Shown here piece after piece: positions 38,047 to 48,712 of a stretch of DNA of 64,000 nucleotides. The notes under the pieces were generated by a model. That model saw only the letters and a program-made list of their open reading frames with translations. It was not told the origin of the DNA and searched no databases. Source of the stretch: Phycisphaerae bacterium (GTDB taxonomy: Bacteria > Planctomycetota > Phycisphaerae > WQYP01); NCBI GenBank assembly GCA_035548175.1, contig DASZTO010000073.1, positions 581 through 64,580 on the forward strand, given 5' to 3'. The translations under genes were made by a program, and so were the position numbers. How positions within the stretch are numbered: position 1 is the stretch's first letter; every line of letters begins with the position of its first letter.

Positions 38047-38924
38047 GCCGGGATATCCAGATAGGCCAATTCGCGGCGGCGCGGGACCAGGCCGGCGCGA
38101 TCGGCCATGTCGAAGAATCTGGCCAGGCCGGCGCGCGCACGGTCGGTGACTTCATACCGGAGGAACTCGGTGAAATAGCGGCGCGCGAGTTCGGGGGGCC
38201 AGCGTTTCTCCTGCGCATAACGGCGGACGAGGTCATCGGTCATGTCGGCCCCGCGGCGCCGCGCCGCCGCGAGGAGTGCGGCGAGTTCCGTGCTCTGCTG
38301 ATCGCGCCGCATCATCCACATGGCGAACACGAAGGGCAAGCCGGTGAGGTGTTTCCATTCTTCGCCGAGGTCGAGCTGGTGCGGGTAGAGGGCGGCATCG
38401 GGGGCGGCGTTGACGACTTTGTCGCCGATGAGCAGCATGGTTTCGGGCGCATCCTGCTGCGTGCGCCTGGCGGCGTCTGCGAAGGGGACCAGTGGCGCGC
38501 GATTGCCGTAGCGCTCTTGGAGGATCAGGCGAGCGAGCACGACGCTGGTGTGGCTGTCGGTGTCGCCGTGGATTTCGCGGATGCGTTCCGGAGCGACGCG
38601 CGAGAAGACGCGGACGGTGAGCGTCGGGCCATCGCAGCCGATCATGCCGGCAGGCACGAGCAGGAGGTCGTGGCGTGCGAGCTGAAAATCGACCACGGAA
38701 AGCAGCGCGGTGGAGACGCGGTCGGTTTCGACCCATTCGAGCAGGCGGGAAGGCACGGCGAATTCGATGCGGACATCGGGCCGGGCGAGGAGGGGATCGA
38801 TCAGGGGCTTGGAATTGAGGAAGGAGACGCAGCCGACACGATGCTTGGCCCCCCCATAATCGTGGGCGCCGGGACGCGGGGCGTGGTCACGGGCCGGGGT
38901 GTGTGGGTGCGTCACGTGATCCAT
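38043..38924 (-). CDS. MqnA/MqnD-family protein (futalosine-pathway menaquinone biosynthesis)
   Basis: VGCVSFLNSKPL is the MqnA signature, within a periplasmic-binding-protein-like fold. Confidence 0.6.
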   Translation of the reverse strand: MDHVTHPHTPARDHAPRPGAHDYGGAKHRVGCVSFLNSKPLIDPLLARPDVRIEFAVPSRLLEWVETDRVSTALLSVVDFQLARHDLLLVPAGMIGCDGPTLTVRVFSRVAPERIREIHGDTDSHTSVVLARLILQERYGNRAPLVPFADAARRTQQDAPETMLLIGDKVVNAAPDAALYPHQLDLGEEWKHLTGLPFVFAMWMMRRDQQSTELAALLAAARRRGADMTDDLVRRYAQEKRWPPELARRYFTEFLRYEVTDRARAGLARFFDMADRAGLVPRRRELAYLDIPA

Positions 38925-39022
38925 GGCAGTGTTTCAACTCTGTCATTCAAATGTTTCAAAACTCATTGAAACATTATAGGGGGGCCGGCGGGGAAAGTCA
39001 CGTGCGGGGCGGTTCATTTAGT

Positions 39023-39709
39023 TCAGGCGGAGGGCCTCAGTTCGGCGACGGTCGCGGTGTCGGTCGTCGGGCGGTCTCCGGAGAGCAGCGCGAAATCGAT
39101 GAGGCTCAGGAGGTAAAAGTAGTCCACGCGCCACTGCAGCACGGCGACGATGCCGTTGGACAGCGAAAAGCGCCGCGGCCGGCCCTCGGGAATGTCCAGC
39201 GTGTGATAGAGGGCGCGGGCGACCACGCCGCCGTGGGTGGCGACCAGGACGTCCTGATCGGCATGGAGCTCGGAAATGCGGCGCAGGCAGGGATCGATGC
39301 GAGCCCATAACTGCGCCTCGGTTTCGATGCCCGGCATGCCGGTCCAGTCGGCCAGGTCGCCGGTTTGCGGCAGGCCCAGGGCGGTGCGGGCATCGCGCAC
39401 GTCGGCGGAGGTCTTGCCTTCATAGACGCCGAAAGAGCGTTCGCGAAGGTCGGGGGTTTGCTGGACGGGAATTTTTCGCCCGGCGGCGAGGATGTCCGCG
39501 GTTTCGGCGGCGCGCGGCAGGTCGCTGGCGTAAATGGCGGCGAAGTGTTTGGAGGCCAGCGCCGCGGCGAGGGCCCGGGCCTGCGCGCGGCCGCGCTCGT
39601 TGAGGCTGGTGGGCGTGTGCCCCTGGACGCGCCCCTGGGCGTTCCAATCGGTTTGTCCATGCCGCACCAGCCAGAGCCGCGCACCGGTAAACGCCATCAT
39701 GACCTCCAT
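39023..39709 (-). CDS. Histidine phosphatase family protein (phosphoglycerate-mutase-like)
   Basis: LWLVRHGQTDWN catalytic RHG motif; SDLPRAAETA; C-terminal H (ATHGGVV). The true start may be the ATG at 39697. Confidence 0.75.
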   Translation of the reverse strand: MEVMMAFTGARLWLVRHGQTDWNAQGRVQGHTPTSLNERGRAQARALAAALASKHFAAIYASDLPRAAETADILAAGRKIPVQQTPDLRERSFGVYEGKTSADVRDARTALGLPQTGDLADWTGMPGIETEAQLWARIDPCLRRISELHADQDVLVATHGGVVARALYHTLDIPEGRPRRFSLSNGIVAVLQWRVDYFYLLSLIDFALLSGDRPTTDTATVAELRPSA

Positions 39710-39849
39710 AAGTTGCGGGGATTGTAGCGTGTTCGCCGGCGGCGTGCGTGCCGCGCGGGGTGTCGGGCGGCGGCGTTGGAGGGCGCGCGGCGACTATCGA
39801 CGCCGCGCGCGTTGGCGTATACTCCCGGTCCCTCGAACGCAGGAGTATC

Positions 39850-41001
39850 ATGACCCAAGGACGCCCCGCACCCTCGCCACGCGGTCCCTCTCCTCTCCCG
39901 GCGGACTTCATCGCCCGGCGCCTGGAGCGCGTCCGCCAGGCGCTGGAAAAAGCGAAGGCGCCGGCGCTGCTGGTGACGAGTTTCACGGATGTCTCGTGGC
40001 TGACGGGGTTCGAGGGGGACGATTCGCACGCGATCGTGACGCCGGAAAAATTGATCCTGATTTCCGACCATCGCTATGAAGAGCAGATCACCCGTGAAGC
40101 GCCCTGGGCCGCCACGGTGATGCGCAAGAAAACCATCTGGCAGGAGACTGCCAACCAGCTCAAGCGGCTGAAGGTGAAAAAGGTCGCGGTGCAGGCGGAA
40201 GCCTTGACGTTGCGCGGCCAGGCGACCCTCCACGAATTCCTCAAGAAGGCCAAAACGAAGCTGCGCATGGCGGCGGTGGCGGACATGATCGTGGAGCTTC
40301 GGCATATCAAGGACGAGCACGAAATCGGCATCATCGAGGAGGCCATTCGCATCGCCGAGGGGGCGTTCGAAGCGCTCCAGCGGCAGATTCGCCGGGGGAT
40401 GACCGAGAACGATCTCGCCGGCCGGCTTGGCTATGAAATGCGGAAGCGGGGGGCGCTCAATTCGTCGTTTGATTCCATCGTGGCGGCGGGGGCAAACGGA
40501 TCGCTGCCGCACTATCGGCCCGGCGAGGCGAGGCTGGAGGCGAACAGCCCGCTGCTGGTGGACTGGGGGGCGCGTTATCGCGGGTATTGCTCGGACCTGA
40601 CACGGGTGGTGTTCGCGGGCGAGGTGAGCGGCAAGATCCGGGAGATTTACCAGATCGTGCTCGAGGCGCAGCTGGCCGCCATTGCCGCGATTCGGCCGGG
40701 CGCCCACGGCAAGAAGGTTGACCGGGCGGCGCGCGATATCATTGAAAAGGCCGGATATGGCGAACAGTTCGGCCATGGCACGGGCCACGGCATCGGCCGG
40801 GACATCCACGAGGCCATCTCCCTTTCCAAGCTCTCGACCACGCGGTTGAAGCCCGGGATGATCGTGACGGTCGAGCCGGGAATTTACCTGCCGGGGTCAG
40901 GCGGCGTGCGTATCGAGGACGATGTCCTGGTGACGCCGGAGGGCCACCGCGTGCTGAGCAAGCTGCCCAAGGACCTGGCCTCAGCGAGTCTTTCCATTTG
41001 A
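39850..41001 (+). CDS. Xaa-Pro aminopeptidase (M24 family)
   Basis: Pita-bread fold metal ligands (D..D..H..E..E) within [14 protein letters not shown] and VRIEDDV. The ATG at 39850 has AGGAG upstream. Confidence 0.85.
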   Translation: MTQGRPAPSPRGPSPLPADFIARRLERVRQALEKAKAPALLVTSFTDVSWLTGFEGDDSHAIVTPEKLILISDHRYEEQITREAPWAATVMRKKTIWQETANQLKRLKVKKVAVQAEALTLRGQATLHEFLKKAKTKLRMAAVADMIVELRHIKDEHEIGIIEEAIRIAEGAFEALQRQIRRGMTENDLAGRLGYEMRKRGALNSSFDSIVAAGANGSLPHYRPGEARLEANSPLLVDWGARYRGYCSDLTRVVFAGEVSGKIREIYQIVLEAQLAAIAAIRPGAHGKKVDRAARDIIEKAGYGEQFGHGTGHGIGRDIHEAISLSKLSTTRLKPGMIVTVEPGIYLPGSGGVRIEDDVLVTPEGHRVLSKLPKDLASASLSI

Positions 41002-41040
41002 TAGTATTAACGGACGTCTCGATCCGGAGAATTTGGCATC

Positions 41041-41547
41041 ATGGCAAAGAAACCTACCTCAAGCCCCGCGGGCGCCGCCTTTACGGATACGCGGCGCGTC
41101 GAAGAGCTCGTGCAGCTGATGGCGGAGAACGGGTTGACGGAAATCGAGCTGGTGGAAGACAAGTCGCGCATTCTTTTGCGCCGCGGACCTGTTGGCGGCG
41201 CGGCGGCGCAGGCGGCGCCGGCGCACATGCCGGCGCACCATTCGGCGCCGCCGCACCACACCGCTCCGCCCGCCGGCGCACCCGCCGCGCCCGCTGAAGA
41301 CGCGAGCCTGACGCCGATCAAATCGCCCATGGTGGGCACCTTTTACACCGCCCCCAACCCGGATTCCGACGCGTACGTTTCCATCGGGTCCAACGTCGAT
41401 GAAAAGTCGGTCGTCTGCATCATCGAGGCGATGAAGGTGTTCAACGAAATTCACGCCGAAGTCCGCGGGACGATCACCAAGGTTCTGGTTTCCAACGGCC
41501 AGGCGGTGGAGTATGGGCAGCCGCTGTTTATGGTCAAGCCGGAATGA
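41041..41547 (+). CDS. accB: Acetyl-CoA carboxylase biotin carboxyl carrier protein
   Basis: Biotinylation motif EAMKVFNEI, Ala/Pro-rich linker, and the C-terminal lipoyl-like domain. Confidence 0.85.
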   Translation: MAKKPTSSPAGAAFTDTRRVEELVQLMAENGLTEIELVEDKSRILLRRGPVGGAAAQAAPAHMPAHHSAPPHHTAPPAGAPAAPAEDASLTPIKSPMVGTFYTAPNPDSDAYVSIGSNVDEKSVVCIIEAMKVFNEIHAEVRGTITKVLVSNGQAVEYGQPLFMVKPE

Positions 41548-41668
41548 AGCGCACTGGTCATGGGTGATTTGCAGTTGAGCCGGTGGCTGCCGCGCAGTGG
41601 AGCTTTCCGGCGGCGCCGCGGCGACGATCGACCGCCGATCACCGACACTCCTTCCCACCGAGGTTCAC

Positions 41669-43015
41669 ATGTTTCAACGGATTTTGATCGCCAATCGCGG
41701 AGAAATCGCCCTGCGGATCATCCGCGCGTGCAAAGAACTGGGCGTCGAGACCGTCATCGTTTATTCGGAGGCCGACAGGAACGCCGCGTATCTGCAGCTT
41801 GCCGACCAGGCGATCTGCATTGGCCCGGGTCCGGCGGCGGAGTCTTATCTGAACATTCCGCGGATTATTTCGGCGGCGGAAATCGCCGACGTGCAGGCCA
41901 TCCATCCGGGCTTCGGGTTTCTCTCTGAGAACGCACATTTCGCGGAGGTGTGCCGGAGCTGCAAGATCGAGTTCATCGGTCCGAGCGTGGAATCGATGCA
42001 GATGCTGGGGTCGAAGCTGGCGTCGAAGGAGCTTGCCAAGAAGTGCCATGTGCCTTTGACGCCGGGCTCCAATGGCGCGATTTCGGAGGAGGAAGAAGCG
42101 GTTGAAGTGGCGCAGCGCATCGGCTATCCGGTGATCATCAAGGCCAGCGCCGGCGGCGGGGGACGCGGGATGCGGGTGGCGCACAACGACATTTCGCTGC
42201 GCTCGAGCATCAAGGCCGCGCAGTCCGAAGCGGAGGCGGCCTTCAAGGACGGCACCGTCTTTATTGAAAAGTATCACGAAGAGCCCCGGCATGTGGAAGT
42301 GCAGATTCTGGGGGATAAGCATGGGCACGTCGTACATTTGTGGGAGCGCGACTGCACGCTTCAACGCCGGCACCAGAAGCTCGTCGAGGAATCCCCGTGC
42401 CCGGTGATCGACCAGAAAACGCGCGAAGAACTATGCAGCGCGGCGGTGCGCCTGGCCAGGGAGGCCGGTTATTATTCCGCCTGCACGTGCGAATTCATCA
42501 TGGACAAGAATCGGAAGTTCTACTTCCTGGAAGTGAACACGCGCATCCAGGTGGAGCATCCGGTGACGGAACTGGTGACCGGGGTGGACCTGATCAAGTG
42601 GCAGCTCCGCATCGCGGCGGGCGAGAAGCTCACGCTGCAGCAGAAGGACATTCCGCAGAACGGCTGCGCCATCGAGTGCCGGATCAACGCCGAGGACCCG
42701 GAGCGCAATTTCGCGCCTTCGCCGGGAACGCTGGAGGAATTCATTCCGCCGGGCGGGCCGCACGTGCGGCTGGAGACGCACGCGTTCCAGGGCTACCGCG
42801 TGCCGCCGAACTACGATTCGATGATCGCCAAGCTGCTGGTGCACGGGGCGACGCGCGAGGAAGCGATCACGACGATGCGTAGGGCGCTGGACGAATTCCG
42901 CGTCGGGCCGATCAAAACCACGATCCCGCTGCACAAGCAGATCATGGCGAACCAGAACTTCCGCAACGCAACCGTCGACACCGGGTGGATCGAGCGGACT
43001 TACCGCAAAGGATAA
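41669..43015 (+). CDS. accC: Acetyl-CoA carboxylase biotin carboxylase subunit
   Basis: [24 protein letters not shown]-grasp motifs, GGGGRGMRV; 448 aa from the ATG at 41669. Confidence 0.9.
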   Translation: MFQRILIANRGEIALRIIRACKELGVETVIVYSEADRNAAYLQLADQAICIGPGPAAESYLNIPRIISAAEIADVQAIHPGFGFLSENAHFAEVCRSCKIEFIGPSVESMQMLGSKLASKELAKKCHVPLTPGSNGAISEEEEAVEVAQRIGYPVIIKASAGGGGRGMRVAHNDISLRSSIKAAQSEAEAAFKDGTVFIEKYHEEPRHVEVQILGDKHGHVVHLWERDCTLQRRHQKLVEESPCPVIDQKTREELCSAAVRLAREAGYYSACTCEFIMDKNRKFYFLEVNTRIQVEHPVTELVTGVDLIKWQLRIAAGEKLTLQQKDIPQNGCAIECRINAEDPERNFAPSPGTLEEFIPPGGPHVRLETHAFQGYRVPPNYDSMIAKLLVHGATREEAITTMRRALDEFRVGPIKTTIPLHKQIMANQNFRNATVDTGWIERTYRKG

Positions 43016-43187
43016 AAGGGGGCGTTTTTCGCGGCGGCTCCGCAACCTGAGGCCGCCCATGTTTCCGCCCGCCTTGCTCGGGCGCCGCCCATCCCGTACA
43101 ATTCCCGATTCAAATTGCCAGTAGGCCCCGCGCCGGCTGCTTGTTGCGGCTGGCGGAAGCCTGTACCAATTTCGAGGTTCCCCCTCC

Positions 43188-43454
43188 ATGATCGCTGTTG
43201 AGAAGAAAAAGACCGTCATCGAATCGAATCGCACGCACGAGAAGGATACCGGTTCGCCGGAGGTGCAGATCGCGATTCTCACCGAACGGATCAACGAACT
43301 CACCGACCACCTCAAGACGCATAAGAAGGATTTCTCCAGCCGGCGCGGCCTGCTGAAGATGGTGGGCAAGCGCAACAGTCTGCTGAAATACCTGACGCAG
43401 ACCGATCGCGAGCGCTACCAGAAGATCATCACCAAGCTCGGACTGCGCAAGTGA
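43188..43454 (+). CDS. rpsO: 30S ribosomal protein S15
   Basis: ...[41 protein letters not shown]...; 88 aa. Confidence 0.95.
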   Translation: MIAVEKKKTVIESNRTHEKDTGSPEVQIAILTERINELTDHLKTHKKDFSSRRGLLKMVGKRNSLLKYLTQTDRERYQKIITKLGLRK

Positions 43455-43476
43455 TGCGAGAAGCAGGGGGCGAGCA

Positions 43477-43540
43477 CCAGGAAGGGCGCGACGCCGGAAC
43501 TTCCTGGTTCTGAATTCCGATTTTTCATTCTTTTTTCAGG
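43477..43540 (+). terminator. rpsO-pnp intercistronic hairpin with a T-rich tail (attenuator / RNase III-type processing site)
   Basis: CCAGGAAGGGCGCGACGCCGGAACTTCCTGG is an 8-bp perfect outer stem, followed by TTCTGAATTCCGATTTTTCATTCTTTTTT. Confidence 0.55.
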
Positions 43541-43591
43541 CGGCAAAATAACGTATCGGCAGGCAAAGATATTTAGAAAGGCAAGGTCTCT

Positions 43592-45799
43592 ATGGCAGTC
43601 GTCACCATCTCCCGCAACATCGGCGGCAAAGAACTCAAGATTGAAACCGGTCTGCTGGCCAAGCAGGCCGACGGCGCAGTCACCGTCACGTACGGCGAAA
43701 CCGTCATCCTGGCGACGGTGGTCTCTTCCGACCCGCGCCCGGGCACGGATTTTTTCCCGCTCACCGTGGATTACCGCGAAAAAACCTCCGCGGCCGGCAA
43801 GTTTCCCGGCGGCTTCATCAAGCGTGAAGGCCGTCCCACCACCAAGGAAACGCTCACCGCCCGCATGATAGACCGGCCGATCCGGCCGCTGTTTCCCTTC
43901 GGCTATTTTGACGAGGTGCTCATCCAGGTCCTCGTGCTCTCCGCCGACGGCCAGAACGACCCGGACATCCTCTCGATGATCGGCGCCTCGGCCGCCCTGT
44001 CGATTTCGTCGGTTCCGTTCGAAGGCCCGATCGGCGCGGTCCGGGTGGCGCGCGTCGATGGCCAGTTCAAGGTGATGCCGATGGTTTCGGATCTGGACAT
44101 GTCGGATCTGGACCTGCTGCTGTCGGGCACCGATGAAGCGGTGAACATGATTGAAGTGGGCGCGCGGGAGCTGCCCGAGGACGTGGTGCTCGAAGCGATC
44201 AAGACCGGCCACGGCGTGATCCGCGAGATCACGGGGATGATCCGGGAGCTGCAGCAGAAGGTCGGCAAGGAAAAGTTCGGCAAGCTGAACAAGCCGTCCG
44301 ACGATTTGGTGAACCGGATTCAGAGCAAGTATGGCCAGGAGCTGTTGGCCGCCAAGAACACCGTCAAGAAGCACGAGCGCCAGGACGCCGTGCGGGCGGT
44401 CAAGGAGAAGATCAAGGCGGAGTTTCTGCCGATCGATCCGGCGACCCAGAAACCGCTCAACGATCCGTTCCATGTCGCGCTGGCGGTTTCCGTTATTGAG
44501 GAAAAGCTGATCCGTGAAATGATTCTGACGGCCAAGCGTCCCGACGGCCGCGACACCAAGACGATTCGCCCGCTCATGAGCCAGGTCAGCCTGCTGCCCC
44601 GCACCCACGGCTCGGCGCTGTTCCAGCGCGGCGAAACCCAGGTGCTGACCACCTGCACGCTGGGCACCGGCGAGGACGAGCAGATCGTCGATGGCCTGGG
44701 CGATGAGTACGCCAAGAAGTTCATGCTCCACTATAACTTCCCGCCGTTTTCGACGGGCGAGGTGAAGCGCATCATGGGACCCGGGCGGCGCGAGATCGGG
44801 CACGGGGCGCTGGCGGAGCGGTCGCTGGAAGCGGTGCTGCCGACGCCGGACGTTTTCCCGTACGTGGTGCGGCTGGTGTGCGATGTGATGGAATCGAACG
44901 GCAGCTCGTCGATGGCGTCCGTGTGCTCGGGCACCCTGGCGCTGCTCGATGCGGGCGTTCCCATCCTTCGCCCCGTCGCCGGCATTTCGATCGGCCTGGT
45001 GAAGGAAGGCGACCGCGAGGAACTGCTGACGGACATCATCGGCGAGGAAGATCACTACGGCGACATGGACTTCAAGGTCTCGGGCACGACCGAAGGCATC
45101 ACGGGCATCCAACTCGACCTGAAGATTCGCGGGCTTTCGTTCGACATCATCGAGCGCACGTTCGCACGGGCAAAAGATGCGCGTCTGTTCATCCTTGGCG
45201 AGATGGCCAAGACCATCTCCACCCATCGGGACCAGATTTCTCCCTACGCTCCCCGACTTCTCACGATGCGCATCAATCCGGAAAAGATCGGCAAGATCAT
45301 CGGGCCCGGCGGCAAGACGATCAAGGCGATCGTCGAGCGCACGGGCGCGAAGATCGACATCGAGGACGACGGCACGGTGTTCATCGCCGCCATGGGCATG
45401 GAAGCCGCCGAGAAGGCCCGCGAGGAGATCGAGCGGCTTTCGGAAGAGGTGAAGGTCGGCAAGATTTACACCGGCAAAGTCACCAGCATCAAGGACTTCG
45501 GCGCGTTCATCGAGGTGATTCCCGGCCAGGACGGCCTGTGCCACATTTCGGAGCTTTCCGACCGCTTCCTCAAGACGGTCGGCGAAGAGGTGAAGTTGGG
45601 CCAGACGGTGCGCGTGAAGGTGATTGCGATCGACGATCAGGGCCGGATCAAGTTGTCGCGCAAGCAGGCCATGCGGGAAGAGAATCCGCAGCCGCCGCGG
45701 CCCGCGCAGCCGGGCGGCCAGGGCGGACCTCCGGCGGGCGGCCAGGGCCAATCTCCGGCCCCGCAGCCGATGCAGCCCGCTCCGGCCGGTCAGGCGTGA
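43592..45799 (+). CDS. pnp: Polyribonucleotide nucleotidyltransferase (PNPase)
   Basis: Two RNase PH domains, KH and S1 domains, and a Gly/Pro/Gln-rich C-terminal tail; 735 aa. Confidence 0.95.
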   Translation: MAVVTISRNIGGKELKIETGLLAKQADGAVTVTYGETVILATVVSSDPRPGTDFFPLTVDYREKTSAAGKFPGGFIKREGRPTTKETLTARMIDRPIRPLFPFGYFDEVLIQVLVLSADGQNDPDILSMIGASAALSISSVPFEGPIGAVRVARVDGQFKVMPMVSDLDMSDLDLLLSGTDEAVNMIEVGARELPEDVVLEAIKTGHGVIREITGMIRELQQKVGKEKFGKLNKPSDDLVNRIQSKYGQELLAAKNTVKKHERQDAVRAVKEKIKAEFLPIDPATQKPLNDPFHVALAVSVIEEKLIREMILTAKRPDGRDTKTIRPLMSQVSLLPRTHGSALFQRGETQVLTTCTLGTGEDEQIVDGLGDEYAKKFMLHYNFPPFSTGEVKRIMGPGRREIGHGALAERSLEAVLPTPDVFPYVVRLVCDVMESNGSSSMASVCSGTLALLDAGVPILRPVAGISIGLVKEGDREELLTDIIGEEDHYGDMDFKVSGTTEGITGIQLDLKIRGLSFDIIERTFARAKDARLFILGEMAKTISTHRDQISPYAPRLLTMRINPEKIGKIIGPGGKTIKAIVERTGAKIDIEDDGTVFIAAMGMEAAEKAREEIERLSEEVKVGKIYTGKVTSIKDFGAFIEVIPGQDGLCHISELSDRFLKTVGEEVKLGQTVRVKVIAIDDQGRIKLSRKQAMREENPQPPRPAQPGGQGGPPAGGQGQSPAPQPMQPAPAGQA

Positions 45800-45860
45800 A
45801 ACACCCTAAAAGGGCCGCTGAAATCCCTTGACCGTTCGGTTTATACTTGGATAAGATACC

Positions 45861-45900
45861 CCGCCGTGAAAGTCCGCTTTCGCGGCGGTTTTTTTCTTTT
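45861..45900 (+). terminator. Rho-independent terminator after pnp
   Basis: CCGCCGTGAAAGTCCGCTTTCGCGGCGG is a 12-bp stem with one mismatch, followed by TTTTTTTCTTTT. Confidence 0.75.
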
Positions 45901-46110
45901 GGAGAAGGAGGATCGCGCTTCGCGCGGTCCTCATCGCAGGCGAGATCCCTTTTGTGCTTGCCGCCGGGTTTGCAGTGCGGCGGTTTTGTTCTCTCGCTTT
46001 GCTCCCACGGACCATCGTTCTGTGTGTGTGCCAGACATGTGTGGCGGTCCGACCAACGGCTTCCGGGTAGCTCTATTGCCCGCGCGTGTGGTCCTCGCCG
46101 AGGTGTCTGT
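45901..46110 (+). promoter_or_regulatory. Long 5' leader of the cold-shock gene (candidate cspA-type thermosensing UTR)
   Basis: About 210 nt separate the pnp terminator from the csp ATG with no ORF. Cold-shock genes typically carry long structured 5' UTRs. Confidence 0.35.
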
Positions 46111-46338
46111 ATGCCGGTTGGCATCGTCAAGTGGTTCGATTGCAAAAAAGGGTTTGGCTTCATCATGGACGCCGCCGGGGCCGATGTGTTCGTCCATTTT
46201 TCGGTCATCGAAGGCGACGGATTTCGCCGCCTGCGCGACGGTGAGCAGGTCGAATATGAAATCACCAACGGGCCCAAGGGACTGCTCGCCTCACGCGTCC
46301 GCCGGCTCGAACCCGATCCCCCCGGCCCGCCGGCCTGA
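46111..46338 (+). CDS. Cold-shock protein (CspA family)
   Basis: MPVGIVKWFDCKKGFGFI...DVFVHFSVI... with RNP1/RNP2 motifs; 75 aa. Confidence 0.85.
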   Translation: MPVGIVKWFDCKKGFGFIMDAAGADVFVHFSVIEGDGFRRLRDGEQVEYEITNGPKGLLASRVRRLEPDPPGPPA

Positions 46339-46474
46339 TCGACCGGGCAATCGGGGAACCCTGGACGGGGCGCTCTGGTCGGTTTGCCCGCTTTGGGTCG
46401 GCTGACGAGTTCGAATTTGCGTATCAAGCGGGTGCCCGGCCGTAGCCGATAACGGTGGAAACGGGAGGCCCGCC

Positions 46475-46696
46475 ATGAGCGCGCAGCACACAACATCCGG
46501 CAAGATTTACGACCCGGTCTTTCTGTTCATGCTCGTGGCGGTGTTCCTGGCCTTGGCCAGCAGCTTTGCGCTGCGGGCGGTGGTCTCGGGCGTCGGACCA
46601 AAGGCGGCGCGCGCGGCATCGGTGACCGACGGCCAATCGCGCGACAGCGGCGCCGCCGACCAGCTTCAGGACAGCCCCGACGATAACCAGCCCTGA
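46475..46696 (+). CDS. Small single-TM protein of unknown function
   Basis: GGGAGG lies 6 nt upstream of the ATG. TM helix VFLFMLVAVFLALASSFAL, then an acidic tail. Confidence 0.35.
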   Translation: MSAQHTTSGKIYDPVFLFMLVAVFLALASSFALRAVVSGVGPKAARAASVTDGQSRDSGAADQLQDSPDDNQP

Positions 46697-47067
46697 GCGC
46701 GGGAGCGGCGGCTGGCGGATGGGATCAGCGCGTGGGGCGGGAAGGATGCCAAGACACCAATGCATGACAGCGCGACGTGAAAGATCGCGCCGGTGACCGT
46801 CGCCCGGGGGCTTCTTCGCGCGCGGCGCGTCTGGAAAATGAACTGGCCCTCCCCTAAACTTGTCCCGTCATCAGCCCCCCACCAACACCGGCTCGCCCCA
46901 ACCGGGTCACGAGCCTTCGGGAGTCGCACATGTCGCCCCCCCCCGCTTCGGACGGTACCGGTGATTCCATTGCCGGGTCGTTCTCCCTTCCGCAGTTTTC
47001 CGCCTCCCCACGTCCTATTCCCCCCCCCGCCTCCCCCCTCTCCCACGCTGATTCGCCATTCTCCGGC

Positions 47068-48519
47068 ATGCCCATCGAGGTGCTCTCCGATCTGACCGGC
47101 GAAAAGAAGGAAAAGTGCGGCATCTTCGGCATCGCCGGCCCGACGGACGCCGTGGAGCGCTGCTATTACGGCCTTTACGCGCTGCAGCATCGCGGCCAGG
47201 AATCGGCGGGCATCGCGGCGTCGGACGGCTCCGTGATCAATGCGCACTCCGGCCTGGGGCTCGTCGCGGATGTATTCCGGAAAGATGCGCTGCGCGAACT
47301 CGACGGATCGCTGGCCATCGGTCACGTGCGCTATTCCACCGCCGGCTCCAACCGCAAGTGCAACGCCCAGCCGATCCTCGAGGAATACATCGGCGGCCAG
47401 GTGGCGGTGGCGCACAACGGCAACCTCGTCAACGCGGCGCGCATCAAGGCCGAGTACCAGAAGTTCGGCCACATCTTCTATTCCACCTCCGATACCGAAG
47501 TCGTCCTGCACATGCTCGCCAAGCCGACGCACCAGGAGAAGTCTGATCCGCTCGCCCACGTGCTGCGGCATCTGCAGGGGGCTTTTTCGTTTTTGTTCCT
47601 TTTCAAGGACCGCATCGAGGCGTGCCGGGATCCGTGGGGATTTCGGCCGCTGGTGATCGGGCAGACGCGCGACGGATTCTATTGTTTCGCATCCGAAACC
47701 TGCGCGCTCACGAGCATCCAGGCGACCTATATCCGGGAAGTCGAGCCGGGGGAAATCGTCACGGTGGATCACACCGGCACGCAGATGACCAGCCGCTATT
47801 TCACCGAGTCATTTCCGCAGCGGCCGTCGCACTGCGCCTTCGAGCACGTCTATTTCGCCAGCCCTTCGAGCACGCTGTTCGGGGATGTGGTGATGAACGT
47901 GCGACAGCGCATGGGCCGGCAACTGGCGATCGAAGCGCCGGTGGACGCGGACATCGTGATGCCGATCCCCGATTCGGGCCGATCCGCGGCGCTGGGATAC
48001 GCCAAGCAGTCGGGCATTGCGTTTGAGGAAGGCATCGTGCCCAACCGCTACGTGGGCCGCAGTTTCATTCAGCCCAGCCAGCACATGCGCGATCTGGCGG
48101 TGCAGATGAAATTGATCGTGATCCCGGAAATCGTGCGCGGCAAGCGCATCGTGGTGGTGGAGGATTCGATCGTTCGAGGCACCACGACGCGCGGGAAGAT
48201 GCTCGCCCTGCGCCGTGCCGGCGCCAGCGAAATCCACATGCGCGTGAGCTGCCCGCCCATCCGCCATCCCTGTTTCTTCGGCATTGATTTCCCCACCCCC
48301 ACCGAGCTGATCGCCAACGGCCGAACCGTGGAGCAGATTCGCGATTTCATCGAAGTGGATTCGCTGGCCTACCTGTCGCTCGAAGGCATGCTCGCCAGCA
48401 TGGGCAAGCCGCCCGAAAATTACTGCACCGCCTGCTGGTCCGGACAGTATCCGATCCCGGTCGATCACCAGCTCAGCAAGTTCGGGCTGGAGCGGCACCA
48501 GATGAAGATGTTCGACTGA
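47068..48519 (+). CDS. purF: Amidophosphoribosyltransferase
   Basis: Ntn Cys at CGIFGIAG preceded by a 16-aa propeptide (MPIEVLSDLTGEKKEK). PRTase motif VVVEDSIVRGTT. C-terminal 4Fe-4S cysteines. ATG at 47068. Confidence 0.9.
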   Translation: MPIEVLSDLTGEKKEKCGIFGIAGPTDAVERCYYGLYALQHRGQESAGIAASDGSVINAHSGLGLVADVFRKDALRELDGSLAIGHVRYSTAGSNRKCNAQPILEEYIGGQVAVAHNGNLVNAARIKAEYQKFGHIFYSTSDTEVVLHMLAKPTHQEKSDPLAHVLRHLQGAFSFLFLFKDRIEACRDPWGFRPLVIGQTRDGFYCFASETCALTSIQATYIREVEPGEIVTVDHTGTQMTSRYFTESFPQRPSHCAFEHVYFASPSSTLFGDVVMNVRQRMGRQLAIEAPVDADIVMPIPDSGRSAALGYAKQSGIAFEEGIVPNRYVGRSFIQPSQHMRDLAVQMKLIVIPEIVRGKRIVVVEDSIVRGTTTRGKMLALRRAGASEIHMRVSCPPIRHPCFFGIDFPTPTELIANGRTVEQIRDFIEVDSLAYLSLEGMLASMGKPPENYCTACWSGQYPIPVDHQLSKFGLERHQMKMFD

Positions 48520-48712
48520 TACCCGCGAAACCCCGCCCCGACGCCGCGCAACGCCGCCTTCTCGCTGCGAGTTGCTCCCTTTTCTTCGCTCCCGCTCCCC
48601 GTCCGCGCCGCGCCCTCTTCGTTGTGCCCTCTTCGCCGCGCTCATGGCGTCGAGTATCATTTCTCCGGGGCGCTTCGGCTCCTGTTTTCGGTTTACGGGC
48701 ACCTTCCGCAGC

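Noticed and set aside
43415-45751. 778-aa minus-strand ORF
   Set aside because: It is entirely antisense to pnp, whose PNPase motifs are unambiguous. The translation is Arg/Leu/Asp-rich with no motifs.
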